From: Psilocybe cubensis
Lineage: Eukaryota
Direction: 5' to 3'
DNA: 64,000 bases
NCBI GenBank assembly: GCA_017499595.2
Contig: CM038998.1
Location: 1,488,001-1,552,000, forward strand
Positions 1 through 12,370 of this stretch are shown here, piece after piece (positions within the stretch are counted from its first letter, which is position 1; each line of letters begins with the position of its first letter). Under the pieces are notes generated by a model. It was not told where the DNA came from, ran no database searches, and saw nothing but the letters and a program-made list of their open reading frames with translations. The position numbers and the translations under genes are program-made.

Positions 1-1
1 C

Positions 2-2469
2 ATGGTCTCTCAGACTCGCTCACAGGCTGTGCGTCAGTCGCTGCATCTCCTCATATCCCCTCCACATCCCAATTCCAAGGTTGCTGTCGCCCCTCAGACC
101 CCTGATTCGGCTCCTTTGGTCGTTCAATCCGACAATATTAGCCCTCCACCGAGCCCCCAACAACCCGATTCCGTCATGTTCTCCGTACTTTGCCAATACG
201 ACTTTGAAGCCCAAGAATCCGGTATGCTATCGTTCAGGAAGGGGCAGATATTAGATGTTGTCAAACGTGATGGGACGGGCTGGTGGGCAGCCATGCCGAA
301 AGAAGGTACCGTCGTGGGCTGGATACCTCAGGCCTTTGTTCGTGCTCTTTCTAGCGATATGGCTGATCGGTTACGAAACTTGGGCGAAGAGTTTCGAATA
401 CCTGAATTCGAGGCCGAAGAGCTCTATAACAACACACACACCTACGAGAGCGGCGCACATGTTTTTGATTCCGATTCTGACAGTCCCACATCTGCTACTT
501 ACGAAGACTTCTTCAAGGTACATCTGTGTTCTACTCGCTGAATCAAGTTGCTAATGAATGAATTCCAGTCGCATTCTAGTTCTTCGATTGCCACATCCTA
601 TAATTCAAAAGATACCCCAAACAAGGTCGAAGGCCGAACAATACCCTCCACTTCACAGTCGTCATCCTCTTCATCACGGCGGTGCCAACAACTACATCCG
701 CCACCATCTCCGTCATCGCCCATGCCTATACCCCCTGCCGGAGTTTCGCGGTCTATATCGCTTGATAAACCTACTCCACTGACACCTCCGCCAGACACCG
801 ATAGCCGAGCGAGAGCGGGTTCCCTGTCCAACCGTCATATTCGTCGGCGACCTGTCATGGTCAACGATGACCCAACATTGCGGCAGTTGTCTACTCTTAT
901 TGAAACCCAGGACTTGAAGAAGATCGATGAAATAGCAAGTCCAGACATCACTGGTTCATTCGATGCCATGTTCAAGAGCACGCGGCAGGACCAGCTTCGC
1001 CGAAAACCCAGCCAGACAATCAAACAGATGACGAAGAAAAATTACATACCGACAATATCCATTTGTAAACCTCGCTATTTCAAGCCACAATATGCCGATC
1101 AGATTGATGAGGATGACAAGGGGCACATACGCTTTGCATCAATACCAGCTCTAATTGAACGACTAACGCTAGTTACAGGAAGTAACGATCTTACAAGTAA
1201 GTTGAACTGCTTTCAAATCTGGCATATGTACACTAAACAGTATATGTTTAGAACAAACCGAAGGCAATTCCTTCACAAATGTTTTTCTTACAACCTTTCG
1301 GACGTTCATGACTGCAGATCAACTTTTCGAGCTACTCATTGACAGGTTCAATTTGAGACCCCCCAAATCACTAATAGAAACTGAGTACGAGGATTGGTCG
1401 ACAAATCTTCGAGAACCCGTTCGTCAAAGGGTTCTTGAAGTTTTTGAACTATGGCTATCGAAGCACCGTCTTTTGGAAGAGGAACCTCACATTGGACGAG
1501 CTCTTGGCGCCTTTCTGAGTAATTTGGGCGGTACACATGCAGAGATGGCTATCAAGCTAGCAAAGGAGATCGCACAATCGGTATGACCAAGAATAGTATA
1601 TACAGAAGAAAACTCTAATCTTGTATTTACAGTCATCAGTCCTCCCATCTTCATCGTTGCGTGCTGTTTCTCCGAGCAAAACCAAAATGGCCAAAGCGCA
1701 AAGGATCGACCTACTTAAACTGGATCCCATACGCGTAGCAGAGCAACTCACTCTCTGGGAGTATGCCTTGTATATCAAAATAACTCCACAACAATGTCTC
1801 TCTTATGCGAAAGCCAAGGCAAGAACTAATCCAGACCCCGCGTTCGCCAATTTACAGGAGTTTTGTGCTACTCATGACAAGCTCAACGGATGGGTAAAGA
1901 AAACTATCCTCATCTCCGACTCCCTTCCCAAACGAGCAGACACCGTCGAATTCTGGATCAAAGTCGCCGAAAAGTGCCGAACGTTGAACAACTTCTCGTC
2001 CATGAGTGCTATAATCATAGCCTTGTCCAGTATGGACATCAAAGATCTACATCTGACTTGGTCGCACGTACATCGGAAATCACAACTAGATCACTTGCTG
2101 CGGCACAATGAGCCCACAGGCGGTTTTGCTGGGTATCGCAATTTAGCCCAAAAGGCCGAAGGTCCCTGTGTGCCATTTATAGGGATGTACTTAACTGACC
2201 TTGTACATGCAAACGACCAACATAAACAAGCCGATGGTCGAGTTTGCTTTTTCCAGAAAGCGCGGTGGTATGAAATCATCACCAATATGCTGAAGTTCCA
2301 AACTCGGACGTACAAACTCGTCACCAGTGAGTCAACGACGCTATTCATTGAAGCGCAGCTTCGTGACGTCAGAGACAAGGATTGGTTTTGGAAGAGGAGC
2401 AAGGAGCTTCAGCGCAGCGAAATGGCGCATGCAGACATCAGGAAAGGTCTAGAGGCTGCAGGCTTCTGA
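2..2469 (+). CDS. SH3-domain Ras guanine-nucleotide exchange factor (Cdc25/Sdc25 family); 4 exons, true start may lie upstream of the window
   Basis: N-terminal SH3 (VLCQYDFEAQESGMLSFRKGQILDVVKRDGTGWW...GWIPQAFV), REM segment (ASIPALIERLT...FRTFMTADQLFELLIDRF) and RasGEF catalytic motifs (AEQLTLWE, NNFSSMSAII, PCVPFIGMYLTDL). GT-AG introns at about 518-569, 1197-1251 and 1581-1632. Confidence 0.9.
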
Positions 2470-2798
2470 AGAGCAAGCTTGACGCCTATCTTGGACGTCT
2501 AATATGTAATATATGTAACATTATTTAACTGTATCAACTGTGTATGTCACCACATCCTATCGATTATATAGAAACGAAAATCTGAATAACCAGAATGATA
2601 AGTGGCGTAGCACTATCGCCCCAATGAGGGGGTTTCTGAAAGTGTGAGAAGGCAGCTATGAAATAGATTGTATATCCCAGAAGGTCCGAAGTAACCAGAA
2701 AAAAGAAAAATTCGAGGCAAAAAGGTATGGTAGTACGTTACAGAAAAACAGACAGATGTGGAAGAGAAAAAATGTGGCTTTGATGAGGAAGCGAGAAA

Positions 2799-3814
2799 TT
2801 AACAGTTGCAGGCATCAGGTTGGCCTGCAGCTCCCGCACCAGCTTGTTTATTGAGATCGAGGCCAGGTCTAGCGGCTGTACCAGTTCTACCAGCTCCAGC
2901 TCGTGTAGCCGAAGGAGCAGTTAGAGGAAGTTTCTGAGCTGAGGGTCGCACATTTCAATTCAGTGTTCAAAACTGCGGATCCTCAAAAGCTTACCGATAG
3001 CAGTAAAGATCTCTGTGACGCCCTCGCCCGTCTTTGCACTGGTTTCTGTCCACATGAGACCCTCCTCATCAGCATACTTCTTTGCTTCTTCCTGTGAGAC
3101 TTGGCGTCGTGCCGCTAAATCTGACTTGTTTCCGCATAAAGCGATTACTATTGAAGGGTCGGCCTGTCGCTGCAACTCTCGTATCCATGTGCGAGCCTTT
3201 TCCAGTGATGCTGATTGTGTAATATCATACACAACGACGGCGCAATTAGCATTTCGGTAGTACATAGGTGCCTACGGGATGTGAAGATCAGGGTATGCTC
3301 TTGACATTAGGAATAGATTGATTACGCACAAGAGACTGTAAATAGGCTTGCGAGTCAGTTCCACAACTTATGAATGAGTCAAACAGTGAACACAGTGAAC
3401 ACACCTTATAGCGCTCCTGTCCAGCCGTATCCCTGCTGGATTTGAGTTCCATCGGTTATGTCATATGAAGAGGAGTCCGCACCATATCTCGAACTTCACC
3501 GTCGTCTGGTCATCGAGAGTGACAGTCTGCGTCAGAAAAGCGGCTGATAGAGGAGTATTAGACTGTTAGACGTGATGTAAGCGTACAACTGACCTCCAAT
3601 AGTGCTCTCGCGATAGTCGTCAAATTGGTCTTTCACAAAGCGAAGGACCAGACTGGACAGGTGTGAGTTAGCGGCGATAGAGAACCATGCTAGACTAACC
3701 TTGATTTACCAACGGCAGATTCGCCTAAGAAAGAAGAAATGAGAAGAAAAAGAATACAATAGATAAAGAAAACTGACCTAAGAGAACGAGTTTGAATTGA
3801 AACTGTTTGGACAT
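2799..3814 (-). CDS. Rab5/Ypt5 (Vps21-like) small GTPase
   Basis: Spliced translation [46 protein letters not shown]...[20 protein letters not shown]...GNKSD...ETSAK, ending in a CNC prenylation motif. Includes a 6-nt microexon at 3330-3335. Confidence 0.95.
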
Positions 3815-4149
3815 GGTCGTTAAGAGTAGGGGTAGCTCTGACTGTCTGATGATGCAGCAGCACCGCAGCCTGACCGCACGGGACGGCTGCTGTTGCCGGC
3901 ATTTTCCGGTTAGTGAATTGCAAACAGTTTTTGTTCACGTCCCTCTTCTCCATACCACCAACTGCTTTTCTCCCGTTCTGCACTTCTGTCCTCGGCTTAA
4001 GTTCTAAGTTTCTGATCTCCTTTCGTCTGCAGTTTTTTTTGGCTGTGTTCGTTCGAGTCAGCAGTCTATCCAGTTCAGCGTTCATTGGCCTGTCTTCAGT
4101 CCCACGTCATCAGCGCAGACCGTTAAATCAGTCATATTTGAGAGCAAAC

Positions 4150-6981
4150 ATGAATCGACACCATCCCTACGGTGCAAATTTCGACCACTCTTCTCCAGGT
4201 CGTCGGGGTAACCATTCTCCTGCCCCTCCAGGTGATCGAGGCCACCGCTATCCAGATCGAGGCGGCCCACCCTTCAGAGCAAGAGGCGGTGGTTTCCAAC
4301 GAGGTCGCGGAGGCTACGGGCATTATGATCAGGGAATGAGCAATCAAGGTGCTTACGATCAAGGACCAAGCCAAAACGATTTTGGTGGCTACAATAATTA
4401 TGAGCCTCCACCACCAAACCACCAACAGTCATATTACCAAAACAGTTATGCAGATTCAACTCCTGCCCATTTTCCTCCATCAACAGGTCAATCAGGATAC
4501 CAAGACTATTCTAAATTTGCAGGTGCGCTACAATTAAGATTTAACATAAATATAAAGGATAGGAAAAGAAGAACTATTCGTTCGTCTTAGTCTTTTTCGG
4601 GTGTGAGGCACGCGGGATCTGGCGCATTTTTTGTTTCGAAATCAGCATCATATCTTGGTAACTGCTGCGAGCTTCAGTGATATGTTCCACGATCCCCGTT
4701 CACTTTGGTTGACTTGAATCGTAAATATCGGTGTCTCCTTGAGCGTCTACGCCAGATGATGACATGGATCTGTCCTTGAGAATCATGAAATATTGCCGAT
4801 ACCCCGTGCTTCCCTCTCAATGCTACGTCCTATCTTACTTGATTTTTTCTCCACGCCATGATGTTTAAGTTTCTCACTTGTGCCTATTCACCGTGTTAGA
4901 CGGACCAGGAACCTACGATGAAGAAGATCGGAATCGACGACCTATTAGGAAGGAAAGAGATGACAAAGTACATGACTCAATAATTGAAGAGCGCATCCAA
5001 CGCGAAAGACCATGTCGAACTCTTTTCATTCGCAATATAAAGGCAAGTCGCCATGAAAATTTTTTTTGAGTTACGAATTTTGCTTCTGTTCATCAGACCT
5101 ACGTATTTTTATGTATTTCAATTTAAGTGTGCTAATATACTTCCACTGCTAGTACGAAACTCCAAGCGAGGATGTGCGCCGAATATTTGAAGAACATGGT
5201 GAAATCAAGACCTTTTTTGATTTGATATCAACAAGAGGGATGGTTTTTGTTACCTATGTACGTGACGCATGTATACGGCGATTTCCGTGACCGCTGAGTA
5301 TTGTGTCAATGTTTAGTTTGATCTTCGGGCAGCTGAAAGAGCACGGGAGCGTCTTCAAGGCTCGGAAATCAGTGGCCGACCAGTGAGCACAAATGAAAGC
5401 ACAGATCCTTTCTCTTTAACAATACGCATATTCGCAGATCGATGTCCATTACTCTTTGCCACGGGACGACCAAAAAGGCAACGATCGCGAAAAAAATCAA
5501 GTCAGTAACATCTTCTCTCAGTTGAAGGGCCGTTGTTTACAACCTTTGTAGCAATTCCAAGGAACTCTTCAAGTGACTTTGCGGAATTCCGTTTCTGGTT
5601 TACCCATCGATGACAACGAAGTGCGTCGTAAATTCCAGCAATTTGGAGACGTTAAGGCCGTGAAACCTGTTGGCGATCGCATCGAGTTAGAACATTTCCG
5701 ACTGTCTGTGTCAACACTATGTTGACATTCTTTTATTGCAGCTCACGTTACGTTGAATTTTACGACACAAGGGTCAGTGATTGAATTTCATTCGCAATTT
5801 TTTCCCCTGAAAGTTATGATAGGCTTGTGGTGAGGCCCATGATCGTCTGCGTCATCAGGGCCTACAAGATGGTGTAATGGACATAGTCTTTGCATGGGAT
5901 GAAACTATTTCAGCTGGCCACCGGTAAGGTTTCGACGTGGATTGGATGAACGATGCGCTTATATTGTTTAGTGAGGGTGGCGGTGGTGGCGGCCACTGGG
6001 AAGATCGTGGCGGGATGCGTGGTGGGATGAGGGGCGGTCGAGGGGGAAATCGAGGCGCCCATCGCGGCGGAAGGGGTAGAGGTGAAGATTATGATGATCG
6101 CCGTGGGGATTTTGGTCGTCAAGATCGCGACTACAGGCAACGGAATGGTCGATACGACGACGAAAACCCAGGACGTGGCGGAAGGCAAGGTGGGTACAAC
6201 GACCGTTACGAAAATAACCGTGGCGGTTATGGTGGACCGCCGCCTCCTCCTCCTCAGTCTGGTGGTTATGGTGCCCCACCTATAAGTGGATATGGCGGAG
6301 GACCTCCAGGATATGGCATGCCTCCGGCACCTCCGCCGCCACCTCCATCTGTGGGTTATATAATTTATTCCTTGTTGATCTATCTGACAACATCATAAGG
6401 CTCAGGATGACCGTCTTGAACAAGCAAGAAAAGTTCAACAAGTAAGCAAAACCAATCAAACTCATCTGTCATATTCTTACTATATGATGTAGCTGTTGGC
6501 CGCGTTGAAGCAACCTGTATCTGCTCCACCGGCTGTACCCCCTCCAACGTCCGCTCCCCCAATGCCTGCAATCCCAGCAGCACCGCCTACATCAAACTCA
6601 TATTACTCGCAGCCGCCTGCCCAATATCCAGGTCCCGCCAATCCTTATGGTGCACCCAACGCACCTCCTGCTAGTGTACCACCTGTTAACCCTAACTTGG
6701 CTAACTTGCCTCCGAACATCCTTGCGCTATTGCAATCTGCACAGCAGCAGTCGCAACAACGACCTCCACCTCCAGGACAAGCTTTTAGTGCTCCTCCACC
6801 CCATTTAATGGGCACACCACCACCTGGGGCCATGGCTGGTGCGCCACCATCATCGACTAATCCACAATACCAGCAGTTGATGGCCTATCTGGTGAGTACT
6901 GGCTTAGCTATTGGCATGGGATAATGACTTACAATTAACCATCAGCAAACCCAGGCCACTGCTCAGGTACCGAAGCCATAA
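4150..6981 (+). CDS. RNA-binding protein with two Mei2-like RRMs, RGG-rich and proline-rich low-complexity regions
   Basis: RRM1 PCRTLFIRNIK..YETPSEDVRRIFEEHGEIKTFFDLISTRGMVFVTYFDLRAAERARERLQG..RPIDVHYSLP. RRM2 QGTLQV...FQQFGDVKAV...YVEFYDTRACGEAHDRL. RGG repeats at about 5970-6230. ATG 4150, stop 6979-6981. Confidence 0.85.
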
Positions 6982-7361
6982 CGAATGAGTGTCTTCACTA
7001 AGTTACATGGATGAATAGAGGCATCCTCCCAAAATACTGAATTCGACTTTATTAATTTGTAGTTGTTTTATCTGTCATTCAACGTGCTTTGTGGCTGTTT
7101 TTCTTTTGCTTATCTATCATTATTACTTTGAAGTTTTCTTTCGCTGTGCTATAGTTATGTAGTGTTCGGGTATCTTCTAGTATCTTGTAGCACACCGATT
7201 ATGAATTTCAATTAGCGGATGCCGACGGAACATGAGGGAATGGCGCATGACGTGGTTGTGTCGGCGACAGTTTGGCTGGGCACCGGAGGCAAATAGCACA
7301 TAAATATAGGTAGAGCACCAGAAACATTCCCATCTTCCGCTTTCTTTCACTGCCATTCGCT

Positions 7362-8689
7362 ATGCTACGTCTTTCAGTCTCTTCTTTGAGACCCACTGTT
7401 AATTCAACACTACTCTCGTCGTTCCATAGGTTCTCGTGTGGTTCACGGAGCTTCAGCCATGGACTAGGTTCTATTCAACAATTGTCTCACCGCAAACCTA
7501 CTTCCAATCTGCAGATTTCGCCCTACTTCAAGGGAGTCAGGTCCATTGTAACCGAAAGGCCAATGCTCCAGCAAGATACAGCCTTCAACTGGAGAAAATT
7601 TGCCATCACGGCTGTAAGTATTGTATCCTATAATGATGTTAATAACTCACATTTTCTGCAATTCAGGCTGGCGTTGCTGGCGCCGTGGTAGCTGTTGAGG
7701 CTATATTCAATCGCGACACACGAGATCCACTTACTGTCGCTGAAAGGAGCTTACTGAACGATAGCTTCAAGTACACTGGTGGTGGTCTTGTCCTAACAGC
7801 ACTGGCTGCTCGCAACCTGTTTCGCTCTGGCTTCGCTTTCAGACTCATGTCTGCCAATCCATGTAGATTGGGTCATTTTATTGTTTTGTGAATGTCTCTG
7901 ACAAACTTTCTAGGGATGGTACTTGGTGTCAGTTTGGTTGGAAGCATTGGCACAATGATGGGGACGATATATACTGCTCCTGAAAATACAGTTCAGAAGC
8001 ACTTGTTCTGGCTTGTAAGTCATTTGAGCACAGCCGTTTATTAAAAAATTACTCACATCTTCCAGGGGTTTAATGCATGCCAGGCAGCAACTTTGAGTCC
8101 CCTCTTTTTCTTTAGCCCAGCTATACTTTCAAGAGCAGCCTTGTATACCGTTGGTGTAGTTGGTTCTATCTCATATGTCGGTGCAACTGCTACGTGAGCC
8201 CTGAAGTTGATTCGTTTTACTTTGTTATCTGATCTGATCTACCTTCGTGTAACAGCAATGATAAGTATTTGAACCTCGGAGGACCTCTTCTGGCAGGAGT
8301 GACTGTAGTCGCTCTTAGCTCCCTTGCGCCAATGCTTCTGCCTTCTATGGGTATGCGTAGTCTTATGATTGCCGAATCTATTTCTCTCTACGGAGGACTA
8401 GCTCTATTTGGCGGATTTGTGCTCTATGAGTGCGTCTCTGTCTCTGTTCTGCCCTAATTTTTCAACCCTAATTGGTATGCAGTACGCAAAAGATCCTTAA
8501 GCACGCCCGTCTAGCTGAACAGGGCATTATGAAAGCAGACCCCATCAAAGAATCTATCAGCCTCGAACTCGATATGATCAATATCTTGTAAGATTCCGCA
8601 ACATATCAATTCAAATATATTCTAATCTCTTAATGCATAGCATTCGACTTGTCCAGATCCTCGCTATGCAGGGCAACCGCAAAAAGTAA
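7362..8689 (+). CDS. Bax inhibitor-1 family mitochondrial membrane protein (GHITM/MICS1/TMBIM5-like)
   Basis: Arg/Ser-rich mitochondrial presequence; NRDTRDPL..ERSLLNDSFKYTGGGL; KYLNLGGPLLAG; YGGLALFGGFVLYDTQKILKHA...DPIKESISLELDMINIFIRLVQIL. Confidence 0.9.
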
Positions 8690-8909
8690 ACAGTTGTTAT
8701 CTTGCAGGTAAAACGATCCTTCGCCACTTACTCTCATTATTTACATTTAAATTCATGTATCTTCTATCATACAATGTGTATTTCTATCTACGTGCCAGTC
8801 GATGCGACGAACTTCTACTAACTCGTGGATATCAATTTATTTCAAGGTAAAAGCTGCTGTACAACCAGAGGAAAGATGATCATATTAACCGAAAGTTCGC
8901 TAATTCGAT

Positions 8910-11445
8910 TTAAGAAGTTCCGGCCTTCCCAAGGCTCTCTAAAATTTTAACAAAACCTCCTGGGTCGACAATCTCAGTTCCACCGTACGTCACTCTTTTG
9001 CCTGTTTTGCTTGCCCACTCCTGTAGGTTACCGTATTCCACATAACCGGCACCACCCACTATGAAGACCATTCCCTCCGAAAATGCCATGCGTTTGGCTC
9101 TCCCAACTCCACTGCTACCAGGAGCTCCAGGCATCCCTGTATGGCCATGCCGTGGGGCGCGGGGGTCCAGGAAGACATATTCGTCGGTTTCCGCCAAAGA
9201 TTGGTTAGAAGCCGCTGATGAGTCCATGAGCGCCTCAGTGAGCCTTGAAACGGGGAAAAGTTTGTTGGTGGGTAAAAAGTTCTTGACGCCTGAGATGAGG
9301 GTGTCAAATCTTCCATCTTTGAGGCGGTCTGTAAGCTATAGAAGCATGAAAATAATTGAGTCAGAGATGCAAAAGGGGGAGCATGTGCAATGTTGATGGT
9401 ACCTTATTCCCTAGAGCACTGAAGCCTTTGAACAGTTCCCCTCCTTGACCAGCTACACCTCCAAGGGCGGGAGTTGCAGTCCCTGTATTTGCAGCGCTGA
9501 TAGAAGAGGTCATGCGCGAAATTTCGCGTGTTCGTCTGACATATTCGAACGCTGCCACATCTGCGCCTGCAGACTTTAACTCTTTCTCTAGCTCTGCGAC
9601 GTCGTCCTTTGAAACTGAATTGTCGGGTGCTGAGAGGTAGAACACAAGAACGAGACGGAGCTTATCATTAGCGGTGAGTTCTCCATCGGGACGAGGGGCA
9701 CGTAGGAACTCCAGAATGGACGCAGTTGTCTAACAAAACTATGTGTAAACTATTACGCAGGCATACATCATTCAAAACGGTTCACCTGTCTTGTAATGGC
9801 TTCTTCTGTGCTAAACAATTCGTCAAGGGAGCGTTTCTTGATTTGTTCTAGCAGGGCAGTTGCTATATTCATATGGGTATCCAATGTTGCTTTTCTCGCT
9901 GTCAACTCAGGTAGCTGAGTTATAGCGGTTTTCAGATGTGCAGCATTTGCTGTGAGGTCTCTGTATAGCAATGAGCAGACTGTACCATTACAATATCATG
10001 GAATACCCACAGCTGTGATATATCGTTAACATCACTGACACCGGTACTTCGCGTAATTTCCGCGGCATCTTGTTTGTATTTGTTCAGCTCCAAGTCAATC
10101 TCCTCTGCGACCTGGGGAAACGGGTTGGCGGCATTCTGAGCCCAGAAAAAGTCTTTTGAGTCTAGGTCGTATGACTTCTTCCCTTGCTGCTGAGTGACGG
10201 TCACGCGGTTGAGTTTAATGTCGAGACAGTCGGAAACCAGAGCTTGATATGTCCAACCATGAGCAACGACTGACACCAAATCCACATTACGGTCCAGGAT
10301 AAGCAAAACTGGAAGAAAGTCACTAAGTACCATATAGAAAGAATTCATGATGAGACTTACGAGGGCGCTGTAAATTTGAAAGTCCAGTAGAATCTTGAGA
10401 GAAGAGTGAAGTAGTAGATGTGCCATGAGAACGGGCGCCGGAAAGAATGGCGTCCCGAATCTTGGTCTCCAGTTTCTTTGCAACCATCTCGGCTGCATTT
10501 CCTCTTGGTGCTCGAATAAAGGGTACGTGTCCTGAAATGGTTGTAAATTGCTTAAAATCAAGGATGTAAGAAAAGAACATGACACACCCATGGTAGCGAC
10601 TGCACTGAAGAGTCCATTAGCTACGCGTTCAATCTCTTCTTCGATTTGTTGTTCAGTGGAGGAAGGAGAATTCAGTATGGTATAAGTGGCAACAGGCCCA
10701 GATGAAGTCGGTGGTGTAGGGGACGTTACAGAGGGTATAAGTGGATGAGGTAAAAGGGAGAAAAGTGAAGGTGAAGGGGCTATAAATGAGAGGTACTGGT
10801 CAACGACCTGTAATTCGACATGTATCTAGATCAATAACCGTCGCCGGGAATTGCTATTATGACGCACTTGTTCGACGAGCTCTCCAGTACCGTCCTGTGC
10901 CACAGAAGCTGCAAGTTCTTCTAGAAGAGCGCGGGGAAGCGGTTCGACGAAGTTTAAATGGAAAGATTCGTATAACGACTTTTGTAGGTCTTGAGCGATG
11001 CGCTTGATATTTGTCAATGTTGGAGAGACAAAATATACGGCGGGAACATCAGGCAAAGGAGGTCGTAAGGAGTGAAGCTGTCTGGAGTACCCTTCAATAC
11101 AATTACTACGATGAATAGGAGCAATAGCTTACACGTGGAGGGTCACCCCCGCGTCACGTAGATCCTGAACGCGCAGGACAGTCGCAAGAACATCCTTGGT
11201 TTGCTGATCCAGGACCAGAATTTTCCATACAGGTGGCCCGGATACTGGAGGGGTTTTAAAGCCTGGGGCACCCTTTCCTGAGTGTGCAGAGGGAGCCTCA
11301 ACAGGTTGATTGAGGTTAAGCAAGTTCAGCAGGGCAGTTGTTTGTGCATGCTGTAACGTCGATACCACAGACTAAGGCACATTCAATACCAATGCTATGA
11401 CAAGTAATCCAGCGTATGACTGACCTGCTTCGAGGCGCTCGCCAT
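8910..11445 (-). CDS. SLY1: Sec1/Munc18 family ER-Golgi trafficking protein Sly1
   Basis: [107 protein letters not shown]. Short first exon ATG at 11445. Confidence 0.95.
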
Positions 11446-12370
11446 CGCGAGGCTGAAATGGAAATTAAACTCGTAGAAGTTGTAGCAACCAAGTAACAAG
11501 TCAAGTAGCTACCACTCGAGTGTGGCGACTGAAGGTGACTGGGATCACATGATTATAGATTGTCAGTGCAATCATCGCATTAACTTTGTGCATCTATTCA
11601 TTGATGAGTGCTTGTTCTGGCATTCGACAAGTTGGTTCGACTACCACCGACCGGCCACAACTTGGTCCTTTTCGCAAAATCTTAACCAGTCTCTCAAAGT
11701 AGGAACAGAAACGGACAACACTCTGCCATACCCAAGGTTTCTTGCAAGCGGCGACGTTCCAATCACAGTGCACACCATAGTCTCAAGTATCATTATTGCT
11801 GACAAGTCAACTCCTTTACCAGTGGTTTTGGGTGGTCAGGAAGCGTCCAATCTCCACTGGTATACCTTGACACTTAAACGGACTTTACTGTGATCTGTCG
11901 TGATCTCCACCTGAGAACTATGATGACGTCCCAGGCCCGACATTTCCGTAAGAGAACCATGGTTATTTACAACCCGCCGCATGGCACAAGTATCATGGGC
12001 AAAGGTTGACAATTACTATTGGAGACGAGTTGACTTGTCGACGCTCTGGTATTCAGATGTTCTACCTTATACCAGCAGCATCGAGGTATGTTCATGAGAA
12101 TAAAAGACGCCTAAGGGAACCCGAATTAAATTATAGTTATGGCAACTCCCAAACTGTTGTATTATTCCAGGTGAAGGCAAATGTGCCCGAACTTGGAAGT
12201 TCCTTGGGAGAAAACGTGTTTACAGAGGCATGGCCATCGAACAGTACGATCTTCGACCCTCTTATTTCCCGAACAATAGGTGTTTGCAAAGACTAAAACC
12301 AAACCCACCATAAGCGAATAACAAGCCGGGATCAGAAGTAGGTCACTTGCCTTATTGGGGTTATCTGTTC

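Noticed and set aside
3913-4149. N-terminal extension of ORF 3913-4590
   Set aside because: Non-ATG start through the pyrimidine-rich 5' UTR; the credible start is ATG 4150.
11522-12296. ORFs 11522-11893 and 12006-12296 between SLY1 and the OSCA-like gene
   Set aside because: GTG/TTG starts, no motifs, promoter-like sequence. ATGATGA near 11920 has no guide or box D context I could support.
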